Shown here: positions 13,101 to 25,100 of the stretch, one piece after another
Layout of the letters: every line of letters starts with the position of its first letter
How positions within the stretch are numbered: position 1 is the first letter of the stretch
Assembly: GCF_001625305.1 (NCBI RefSeq)
Contig: NW_017802379.1
Coordinates: forward strand, 4,393,479-4,457,478
Source of the DNA: Branchiostoma belcheri
Lineage: Eukaryota
Length of the DNA stretch: 64,000 nt
Direction of reading: 5' to 3'
Made by a program: the position numbers and the translations under genes
The notes under the pieces: generated by a model
Database searches by the model: none
Told to the model about the DNA's origin: nothing
What the model saw: the letters and a program-made list of their open reading frames with translations, nothing else

Positions 13101-16100
13101 ACTTGTTAGCTTCCTTGTCGTATCTCCTCTGTTGCCCAAGCTGAGAGAAATGGAGACAAAGCATGACAGACTGTGTTAAGAACCCAGTGAGGCAGCATCT
13201 TGAGTGTGTAGACAGTGGAAAGAGAAGACTATCCACTACCCAGGCAAGCAAGGAGAGAGTGTGTGAGGCATCCAGTGTGAGTTACTGCATCATATATGGG
13301 CATCCGGCAAGAGAGAGTGTTGTAATGTGAAGAACTGCACTTCCACCATTATAAGCTGTGCGCTACCGAATCTTAATGTTTAAAGGACCATCCCCAGACG
13401 CGTGCTGTGAGACAACACTTGCGTGCTTCTTAAAGGTACGTAACGAGGGAGAACGCACCTGCACGTTCTCCTCAGCGTCCATCCAGAACTCCTCGAGTTC
13501 TTTGCGGAGTTTGGCGTTATCGGTTTCCAGTTGGGTAGCCCGCTTTTGGAACTGCGTTGTGCAGGGGTTAGGGACAGACGGGCACAGAAACAAAAAACGT
13601 AAACACAAGGAAAGTCTTCGATAAAAAAATTTAAAACTATACGGTGAGACTTCCATGCATATCAAAGGCTATATTTTGGTGTTATATTTATCATAATTGG
13701 CCGTTTATTTTGTGTAAAAAAATAACAGCATGCAGTACATGTAGATTATATACTCCAAGATGCACCATGCAGTTGTTAGAACTTACTAAATAGGGTCAGT
13801 TAGATGGGTCAACTGTTAGATGGAATTAACTGAATAAAACGTGCGTTATCCAAAAAAAGTGTGGGACGACGAGTCAGACTGTGGTTAGAGGGGGCTCTGC
13901 AGCATTATTGTCCCGTGCAGCTGTCAATCAATCAAGCAAGCCTTAGCAACAGGACTGTTGTCATGGCAACCCACAACCTACTGTTAGGTCATTGGAGGAA
14001 GCAGTGATTCAAACAGAGACACTAATGTCAATAGCATCTCTTGGGGAGGGGGGACAAGGCTGACCTTATGCCCCTACAGGATTGACCTTGAGAGATGCAA
14101 ACCTTGGCTTTGTCCTCGGCCTCCTCCTTGAGGTGTTCGACCTCCTGTCGGAGTTTGGAGTTTTGTTCCCGCATGGCGGCGAGCCTGCTCTGCATCTCAT
14201 CACCACTGGCCTTCATGGCCTGAGCAGTGTGGATGGACAGGTCACACTCGTCATTGGGAGAGAACAACTACAGTACTACAGGCTAATACAGCCTGAAATG
14301 CGTGTCATTTTCCTTAGTGTCCCAAAATGTCTCCCTGTACTTTTATAACTTTTACAGAGGGACACAGGAATACAACAACAGCTAGTGCCAAGTTCCAACA
14401 TTTCAACACATACATTGTACTGACCCTACTAAATATCCTATGATTGTTTAAATTGTTAGATTGTTATGTCTTTTTATTGACTTGTACATGTAGATACCTT
14501 CTTATCCTAAAGTTGGCACTTTGGGATTTGGCACTGCTTGTTGTTATTTCCATAGACTACAAGATGTAAAGAGCATTCTTTTTCCTCTTGATTAAATCTG
14601 ATTTAATTTTATAGGTTTACCCGGAATAAAATGTTAGCAAGACAATGACTTAAACATGATCATAGCACAGATCATCACATGAGGCATTACTAGTATAACT
14701 CAATTACTACCACTTTGATTATCTTTGAATAAGAAAGAAAAAAGGTTGATCATTAATCCTGTGGATGAAACTGAATTAAAGTAAACATTAATCTCTCTAA
14801 GAAACTGTGCGTATGATTGGTGTGTGCAGAGACAGACATGGTGTTAGAACTGAAAACAAAATTAAACTGTCAACATACGCATGTGTTGTGTACATACAAG
14901 GCCACCATTCACTCAACACCAACCGACACATACACAGAAATCTTTCCTTTTACACTGCACATACACACTGGTACAGAAACAAGTGAACTTTAGACACATT
15001 AGGATGTAGATACACACCAGAATCACACATTTCACACTTCCACACAGTTTCCTTTCCACCTGCAGTACCACTACAGATTGCAAGGAGGAGCACATTCACA
15101 CACAGGTGAAGTGACACATGCACACATGTACCTGATTCTTGTCTTCAGCCTGTTGTTTCAGGTTCTTCAGTTCCTTCTTAAGGTTGGTGTTTTCTTCCTC
15201 CATCTCTTTGGCTTTTTTAAGAGCCTATTGGCAACAACATAACAACATGTCCCTCCTATTAAAAGTACTTTCCTTACTATAGATTTCAAGCTTTGTCAAA
15301 GAAAGATGGGTTGAAAAGATTCATGTACAGATTGGGGCATTAGGGCATTTGGGCATTTGCATCTTTTTAAAAACTTGTAAAAAAGACATTCCTTCAAATA
15401 AGTTTAACTGTAAATTCAATTTTAGGTCCTAACTGTTCAATCAGTTTAGCCACAAGAAGTACTGTATATAACATCATTTATCAAAGACATGAGTTATTTC
15501 AATCACAGTTTAATATGACAAGTAAATTCATTATTTGAAGTACATATATATGACACTTGAATAAATACAAAGCATTCTAGCCTAAGAGAAGAAATGTAAG
15601 GAAGCTGTTGTGAGTGACATCTTCACTCTATATTCTACATTTAGAAGAACTGTGCAGACTGTGTGCAAGATTTGAGTTTCCTGTGGTGGAAAATTACATT
15701 AGAGGAAGAAAACATGCATTTGAGTTAGTATCACTGTGACAGAAACAGTGGAAAGATTAGTGACAGTTACTTCTATCTAACTTAAGCAGCTTTCTGCATG
15801 CTGGTATACAGAGTGCAAGGACAGTTAGATGTGCTCTTGACTAGACAGTGAAGCTCCTGTACAAGTCTTGGAGAGAAATATGCTTTTTAATAGATCTTGA
15901 GAGACAGAAGCTGTCAGTGGTGAACAGAACATAGCCCCACATTCGGCCACCAGAAGTGCTACATTAAGACCATAGCCCCACATTCGGCTACACCATGCCT
16001 CCCAACCTTGTGTTTGTCCTCGGCTTCAGCCTTGAACTCAGCCAACTCGTCAAGGATGCTGTTGTTCTCCTCCTCCATCTCCTTGAACTTTTTCTGGGAG

Positions 16101-19100
16101 ACCTCGACAAGGTACTCCATTTCCTGGTTTTGTTAAGGAGGGGGTTAGGGAATGACAGTTGTAAGCAAGATTATCAACTTAATCCAACGTAAAGCTTGCA
16201 GAAGAAAAAAGTTCCCAAACTTCCCTATTGTCTAACATCAGAATCTTTTTGCAATACTATGTAGCACTCATGCTTTGACTGACAAATGTCCATTATTTTA
16301 TACACTTAATTTTGCAGACATCGGTACATGTATTAAGCGTTTACCTTAGCCTTGTCCTCTGCATCTGTTTTGTAGGCCTCCTTTTCTCTCCTGATGTTGT
16401 TGTTCTCTGTGTCAAGTTCCGTCACCTTCCTCTGGGATTCGTTTAGCTCGTTCTTGATGTGGTCTCTGTTTAAAACGGAAACAATTGGTCATTAAAAAAA
16501 CTTGGTACTGAAACTCTTGACACAAATTGTCATTTTCTTAGACCTAGAAAGGTAACATTTTGGGCATCTCCTTTTTTTCATTTTCTCATGTACATGTAAG
16601 TTGAAAATGGAAGATAAAAAACACAAATGTACTGAATTTTCTTCACTGTTTTCTATATGACCTATATCATTATGTTAAAGTCTTTTCCTGTCAAACTCAT
16701 CTCACAAGTAAAGCTGCCCTGCAGTCAAGCATCACTAGGGGGCTCTGCTTGCAAAATCAATAGGTCTAACACAAACGTCATGTTTTAACAATGCTGCTCA
16801 CAGTGCAGCCGGTTACAGTTGGCTGACTCATATGTTGACTTATACTCATGACTGCCATAACAGTGAAAGTCAACTTTGCCCTTTTACCAAATATGGTGTG
16901 GGCAAAGTCCAACTTTCCCTTATTTTTAAAAAGAAAGCAGCATTATTATCATAAAATGGTAAAAGAACATTGAGGTTAAATTTTCATGAATTTTAGGAAC
17001 AGACCAAGAGGGATAATTTGTCCTTTTCATAATTCCGTGACAGTGCAATTCATTTCTTAATCTTTCTGTGAATATTTTTTTCTTATTTTCTTGCCTAATA
17101 CTTCATGGTCCATTTAATAAGAATTTGAAGTTGACAGCCATACACGTATTTATGGCAAATGCAACTGCTACAATAATCACCTGTACCCATTTAACATACT
17201 TGATTAAATATTAAACATACATATTATTTCAAAGTTTAAAAAAACATATAGGCTTTTTAAGCCGCATATAAGACGTGTCTATTACACATTCCATTCTTTA
17301 GTGTTATTCTGTCTCTACAACCTACATGTACCTTGCAGTTTGCAACAAGAGTGATGTATTTTTACTAAACTATTATCTAGACATACTGGTACTGCTACAA
17401 TGACGGTGCATACTGGCAACATTTTGGTCCATTCCAACCATGGTGTATTAGCTACAAAGAACTTTATCAAATTATTAGCTAGTTGAACAAGAGCGCACAG
17501 TCATTGAATGACCTCTCTGTTTCAATTATATATCTTAGTCGAGGTAGCACCTTCTTGCATTGGTTGTGTCTGTCATACTGGCCAGACATTTTGTTTACTG
17601 ACTAACGCAGCTGTAGTTCAGTGAACTACATTTTTATGCACAAGCAGTTTCTAATTGTAGCAAGTGTGAAGCTGCTATGATGTAGTGCTTTAAGTCTATG
17701 GCACTGTGAAATGGCAGCTCTAATTCCTAAGTATAAAGACGATCTATTACCGCTGTTCTTAATTACTTTTCTACACAAATGTGATGTTCATTTTTTCTTG
17801 TCTTTCTTGTCCTTTCCCTTGAAGAAGTTCAGCTTTAGTGATTTTGAAGGTGACTTTGAGGGAGACCTTAAACCCAAAGAACACACACAATGAAACAAAC
17901 TGACAGACTTGAAAAATATTGAGCAGCGTACTTCTTGACAATGTTCGGATTCAGAACTGAATGTCACAGACTCACGTACTACTCGGTTTAATGTCAATTT
18001 TTCCCCATCATATAAGGGGTAGTAGCAGCGTATTGTATATCTAGTCCATACAAAACAATTAATAGGAACTCACATTTGTTTCTGCATCTCTGCAACACTC
18101 TGAGCTCCCAGGTCAGACTCCTGTCTGCTCTTCTCCAGTTCCTGTTGAAACTTGACCAGTTCATCTTTGGTGGCTTGGAGCTGGGGACACAAGCACAGTA
18201 CATCATGTACAAGGCAAGCAATGACTGATAATCATTAGTCAGTATACAATGGACCAATTAAGACAACTGATTGAAAAATGTGAAACAAATAAGCCAGGAA
18301 GAATTGTGCAAGATGGAAATGGCCTAGCAAGACCCAAAATACCCCATGTAACATGGTTAGAACATTTGATAGGTCAGATGTCAAATAACATTTAAACTAC
18401 ATGTATCACCACATTTAGCCTTCCAGTCACCAACAAGCTCTGAACAGAACATGAGTTCTTCAAGACATTACCTCCTCTTCTAAGGCTTTAACCTTGGACA
18501 AGGCTTCATCAGTGGCTTTCCTGGCAGACTCCTTCTCTGCTGTGACTGCATCTTTCTCCTGAATTACTTGGACAAGCTTACCCGACGACTCAGTGGCAGA
18601 GTTTAGAACCTGATTGTTGTTTCCAGAGTTTTGCGTTTCCCGCCAGACGGATATTTCAAGGGAAAGGTATGGTGGGGTGAAGTGGACGAAAACAAACAAA
18701 AATAAACAAAAAGTCAATAAAACAACATTTAAGGAAACAAAAAATGCTTTAAGTTAGATTGTTACAAGATTCATGTTATTGATTAATAAGATCTGATGTA
18801 AAATAAAATGCACACACATTATCAATAAAATGTCAAATGAAATAAAACAACATAGAAATGAAAAAAAAAATTATGTTACAAATTGGACATTTGTCCATGA
18901 TACATATGTATTAGTAGGTCTGTGTGTTAGTTTGATAAGTATAGACCTAACTAGTACACAGGTTAAATTAAACAGGGATGAAAGGAACTTAAGAAATGGA
19001 GAATTCTGGACAGCCATTAAGTTTCCACATTTAATTGGGACTGTAAAAACATCTGACTTATTCAGTTAACTGTGAAAAAAATGCTAACTTCTAGTCTTCT

Positions 19101-22100
19101 AACCTTCTCCCTGCCAATTCACTGACTGATGTTGTACAAATCAGACAGGAGAATGTTAGTAACAACGTACATCTTGTTTTTCTTGGACTGCCTTCTCCTT
19201 CTCTGCCGTGAGTTCTTGTTGCTTGGTGACGGCTGCTTCTTTCTCAGAGATGGCAGTCTCCTTCTCCAGACTCAGCTTCTGTTTCTCTGCCTCAAGCTCC
19301 GCCTTCTCGGCCAGAGCTGTTTCTCGTTCCTTAAGAACGGCCTCGTATTGGGCCCAGGCCTTCTCCTTGGATTCCTATGGAATAACACAAAGTAGTACTC
19401 ATTAAGAACAAGAAATCAGAGACTAGCAGGAACTATGCAATCCTTGGCTTCCAGAATTAACTTATGTCAACCTCTAATTCCCACTGGCTCCAGTCATTCT
19501 GTCTGTCAATCTTCTCCCACCCACTTGCTGTCAACTTACTCTGTTCAGACAGTTAGAGATAACACAAACAGTTTCAATGAGATCTCTTCTTTAGCACGTG
19601 CATGGGTCTATTTAGATTATGTAGATGTTCTACACTTGCCTTAACACACCATACATTCAAAGCATGCCAATTGAGTTACGATTACCAATTTGAAGGTTGA
19701 GCTTAAAGTAAAGCAGAAGTACAAAATCCAGAGGTCACACAAAAATGATTTTGGCATATCCCACCTTAGCTAGTATACATACTGTGTTCTTCAGCAATAA
19801 GGAATCTTGTCTCAATTTTAACATGTATAAATATCAGCTTGAGGCTTACAGGAATTACAGAAGGAGTACATTTCAAAGAAAGGGCATGCTTCAATACACA
19901 GCCAGCTGTAATTGTCATACAATACTAGTTCATTGACATGATGCAAATAGCTGTTAGTACAATGCAACAGACATATCTAATCTAGTCGGGTTGCAGGGAA
20001 GCTTACAATGGATTTCTTACAGGTAGTTGAGACCAAATACATTTTAAAGCTGTTTGCAATTTTTTTATCACCATGTTTTCAGTTTGCTGTTATTTTAAAT
20101 TTTTCTTAACATTTTTTTTAATCTTTATTTTTCTTAAGGCTTTTTGTCCATATTTTGGCTGTTTTGTTTTATTTACGATTTTTATTGTGGCTTTTCATTG
20201 TAAATTTTTATTGCTTAAGACTTTTTGTAAACAATTCTATTTTTAAACTAGATTTTGTTTTTAGGCTGTCTTTTTTGTGGACATAAAGGAATATATAGAC
20301 CTTTGAGGTCGATTTTTGCTTGCTTGGTTTATGTTATAGTTGTTTTTCTCTGATATTTATCTTTTTTTATTTTCTGTTTTGTTTGATTTACATTTTTATT
20401 GTGACTGGTCTTCCTCTCTGTAGAAATCCAAACAACAAACACATGCTTAGTAAACAACATTATTATGTTCCAATTTCATACATCATACCATCCATATTAT
20501 ATCTTTCCAACTACATTCGTCAAGTCTCTAACCCTTTAGCTTTCTTAATAATATAACCATCTCACATACCAACTTATTTTTTTGTATACCAGGTCTAGTA
20601 CAACTTTGTGTGTACTTCCACCTTAGATTGTCAATCATGTTCCTTTAACCTTTTCTCAACATCACCTATCTTTCATCTTTCCATGTTCTTTCTCTTTCCA
20701 CTGTACTTTCTCATTCTCAACCCAACAATACTAATCATCTACAGACTGTCCCTTTGTCCATCTTCAACTTCATCCTTCAACCTTATGAATCTTCTTTTTT
20801 TTATTCCTCAAATTTGATGAGTTTCGTAAGTGATTCCCTTTTGGTCTTACCTCTGGAACAAATGCATGCAATGAACAAACAAAACATAGCAGATTATTTG
20901 AAGACATGCGTATCAAGCTCAGAAACACTCAGAACTCTCGAAATTAAACCACTCTTCAAGACTTTGAATTAGCCATTATCCATTGACTTTTCTTAGTTCT
21001 TTTTATTCCTTCTTTAAATATTTTTTTTCCTGATAAGGTTTAGCCACAACATTGGCATTATCCCAGGTGTCTTTTCTCTTATCATCATCATCTTAATTTG
21101 GACATCATTTCATGTAACTTCATTTTTACCTTGTTTGTTTCTTTGTTTGTTTGTTTGTTTGTTTGTTTGAGCTTTCATTATTTTCAACATTTGTTTAGGT
21201 CTTTTTCAAGAATAGTTCTATCTTCTTTTGATGCCACACATGTTGGAGTTTCATTTTTAAACCTGCATTCTGACCACACTGTGCTTTTCCATTTCTTTGT
21301 CTCTCCATAGCATGTTTCTTTTTCCTTGAAGTACGTTTCATAGTTTTCTGAAGTTACAAGTTGAAGTTCCAGGTTAGGGAGAGTGGTTAAACTGGGTATG
21401 TTACCCTTCACCCTGCCAATACCCTTTCTTTAGGACATAAATAAATCAATCTTTCGGTAGGCTTATGGTAACCAGACCCAGTCTGTGTAGGGGAGGCTTT
21501 TCTTCCTCTCTCAGTATGTGGAGGAGGAATCAATATGTTCTCTCTCCATGTTCAAAAGTTGGTTATAAAAGAAAAATAAAACCAACATAGAATAGAAAAT
21601 TTTCACCTTTAACAGGTGGACATACACTGTCCTTAAGTGTTGATTGGATGTTGGTACTTTCCACTTTGAAAAAGTGCTTACAGCAGCACAGGGTGCATGC
21701 AGAATACTTTAACCTTCCTCCTGCTGTGGATGGATCCATGCAACAAATTTGCATTGTTTAAAGGAGGAAATCAGCAGGCAAAGGCCTAACAGCCATCCAG
21801 GTGTCAATGGGGCAGATACAGTTACGTGCAGTGCCATGACAATTGTTTGTTCAGAACATGGCAAATGTCAAAAGCCAGGGCCAGTTCCTGTCAGTCTGCC
21901 TGCATGCACATCCTGTAAGCCTCAACACTCGGGCAAAAACGCCCGTCATCTCACTCTTGGACAGAAACAGGGATTGGTAGGGGCATCTTTGGAGACGTCC
22001 TCCCTCTTGCTCCCAGTTTTAAGACCACGATCGGTGTGGCCTTTCAAAATAAAGTCACAGGACATGACTTCAACAAAGGTTCTTCGAACCCAAAATCAAA

Positions 22101-25100
22101 TAGACTTCAAATCACACACAAACAGAGTGGTGGAACTTTGGGTTCATCAAAAGTTGTTTCAAACCAGTAAAGTCTGGCATTAGAATATGTTCAAACCAGG
22201 CTGAATAATTTCTTGTAATTCCGCCTAGGTTTGGGACTTGTTACAGGACCTGAGGAGAGGCTGGAATTGGAGGGGGAGTTGGGTAAACCGGCATTCCGAA
22301 TGGAGTGGAGCCATTTGAACTGTTTGTATTCCGTAGGAGATTCTGGTGGAGAGTTGGGAAGAGGAGGTAGGGGGGATTTCGGGGGTGGCGGAAATTTTCG
22401 CTTCTGGCCGGGGCTTCCTGGAGGTGATTGTATCACCGGAGACAAGACCTTTTTCGGCGGCCTCGGAGACCGCGGTCTACCATACGGGTATTTCAGGCAG
22501 AACGGCGGAGATGGCGGGGGAGAGAACTCCGAAATGGACGGGAGGAAATCCAAGTCTTTTGCGACAGGAATTGTCGACAGAATGTCGTCAGCCTTTTGTG
22601 AAAAGAGGTCTGGGAACGGCTCTTCAATTTTGCACTCCTTTTGCTTTTCAGGTGCTGATTTTGGCAGTTTGGAGCCTGCTGTCTCCATTTTAAAGTCAAT
22701 TTTTGGTTCTTTTGTTTCAGCCTTTATCCTGCTCCGAGGGGAGCGAGGGAGGCTGTTGGACTTTTGAGCCGGTGGGAGGACGTATGAGTAGTAGTGTTGG
22801 GGACGGTAGTACGGATCTGGAGTTTTGGTTCGGCGGAGGAGCGGACTTTTGCGCGACTGAGATTCTTGGAGGCTGCCGGGACACTTGGCTATCAACCACT
22901 GGGAAGAGAAGGTGGAGAGAGAAAGAGATGGAAGCACAGTGTTACTTAATGGACTTTTCTTTAGTGGAAACCAAGACACTCAGAAAGGAAAGAACAGAGA
23001 TGTACATATGGAAATGGCAGAAACGGGATGGAAAGTATAGGGAGAAGTTGTCTGACAGAAAGTCATGTTGACCTCAACACCTACCCAACTTTTTTCTTCA
23101 ATCTAGACGTTTTGCTGTTTTTATGCATTGCCTAAACAATGATGTTTATCGTTTTATACTTAAGGTTTGGCAGCAGCTTAGAAATGGTCCTAGTAACTTA
23201 AAGCTTGATTAATGAAGACAGCCTGTCTTCTTGTTAATTGTTTTAGTCAATATGTTTACACTTACCTGAGCTTTGTTTAATTTTATCAAAGCCTGTTACC
23301 ATCTGATTCAGTCCTTCTCAATCAAGCCATACTTCTTTGAACCATTATCTGGTAAAAGTGTAAATGGCCACATAAGCCAGTATATGTGAGGCTGCTTATC
23401 AATCAAGAACCACCAAGCCAATGAAGTTGTTTATGTCATAGATTTTGTGCTTATTGCATAAACTGAGCTCTTGCTTTAAAAAGTTAACAAAAGCTGTAGG
23501 ATGTCAAACATGGGGTTTCTATGTGGGACATGACTAAGGAAGAAAACATCAGTGTAGGTTCTACCAGGAGACCAACCTTCAGCGTGTCCCTCTCGTGCTG
23601 CACCTCCTCGATGGTGTGCTGCGTCTTCTCCTGGTGGTTGTTCAGTTCCTTCAGCTTCTTCTCCGCCTCCGCCAGCTTCCCGTTCAGGTCCGTCATCTCC
23701 GAGGTGCGCTTGCTGGTCAGCTCGTCGATCTCCTTCTGGTGGCTCTCCGTCAGCTTGCCGATCTTGGCGACGTGCTTCTGGACTTCGCTCTCCTGCGGAG
23801 GGAATGGCGGCGTGTCGTTGTTGCTACATGCTACTACATGACACCCCTGACTAGTAGGGACTTGTTGTTTTCTTTTTAGTGCTGTGTGTAGGAATTATCC
23901 ATCAATAGTAACTATCATGTATGTTACAGTTATTAGTCAGTAGTTATTGGGAAGAATCAAAGGGTGGGGACTAAGGTATTGATTCAGTATGGGAAGACAG
24001 ATTAGCATTGTGAAGGTAAAGATTTAGCCAAATTTAGAGGGAGGTCATGGGATAATCTTTTCCTTTTTCACTCCCAAAAATGGCATTATGATCTGTTTCT
24101 CAATCAAGTAAAAATTCTTTCCTTTAGTTTTGAACCTCACACAACTTAGTAGCTAGCTTAGAAGAAAATTACTGATGCTTGTCTTTGATATTTCATAATT
24201 CAAGAGAAATGACCTAATGATTCTTACCTTCAGGCAGATCAGCATTTTCTTCAATAAAAGCAAAACTTTTTTTTCTAATTCTTTACTAAAATGTAGTATT
24301 TTAGTTGCTAAACACACACTAACACTATCAATGTTGAAAAGTAAGCCTCTTTTATTGCAGTATTCACACTTTTCAGATAGATTGTCATACAGTTCATATT
24401 GCCTCTAACAATGTCATCCTCTGTTGGCACATAGTTCTTGCTACCTCTTACAATTTTTGACCATTTAATTCTATTTCTGAAAGTAACGAAGTTAATCAAG
24501 TCATTCATTTCTCCACACTTCTTCCTCGGTAAGACCTTTTCCTCAATCTTAAGCATCAGTGTATTCTTTCTACAGAAATGGACTTTATTTTGTTTCAAAT
24601 TGGAAAACCTCAGTCTGTTTTTGACATACCAAAGCTCGTAAGGCAACTAAGGTAGATGGCATCCCTCCTAAACCTTTCTCTTCAAAATATGACTACATCA
24701 TAAGTTACTGACAACCATTTTTTCATTATTTAAATTCTTAGATGGTTGCTTGCTTTGCTCTTGCATAGTAGTTCCTTGTTACGGAAACATTTAATACGAG
24801 CATGTAGTATAAATAGACTATTGCACGATTAGGACTATATCACGCAATACATGTACTGCTACTAGGTACATGTATGTATGAACATGTTGGAAAGACATCT
24901 GCCTCACAGTGCCAATTACTTCATCCACATACCCCATCACTCCTCCGATAATAGACTGATCCTGATTGTCCATCACAATTAGCGGATCGACCAATGACAA
25001 AGTAGCAATTATCGGTTTGACCAATGAGAGAGTGGCTACATTTCCATCAGATACTTGCATATGTATGTTTTGACGGAGGTGGGCAGACCTTTAGGATCAG

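Noticed and set aside
13045-13251. Minus-strand ORF with coiled-coil-like [13 protein letters not shown] segment between repeat exons
   Set aside because: It runs into a stop codon without a donor and is not in phase with the neighbouring exons. At most it is an alternative terminal exon, but is unsupported.
21749-22183. 144-aa plus-strand ORF next to the Ser/Pro-rich minus ORF
   Set aside because: It lies opposite strand to the host gene, has no splice signals and an unrecognisable product. It is probably a chance ORF in the same GC-rich island.
2382-23879. Many plus-strand ORFs in the six-frame track (e.g. 2382-2573, 6176-6559, 8946-9293, 14082-14348, 19129-19395, 23521-23841) overlapping the coiled-coil exons
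   Set aside because: They are antisense shadows of the Glu/Lys/Gln/Leu-rich minus-strand coding exons. They are S/L/F-rich, have no splice or start context, and break exactly at exon borders.
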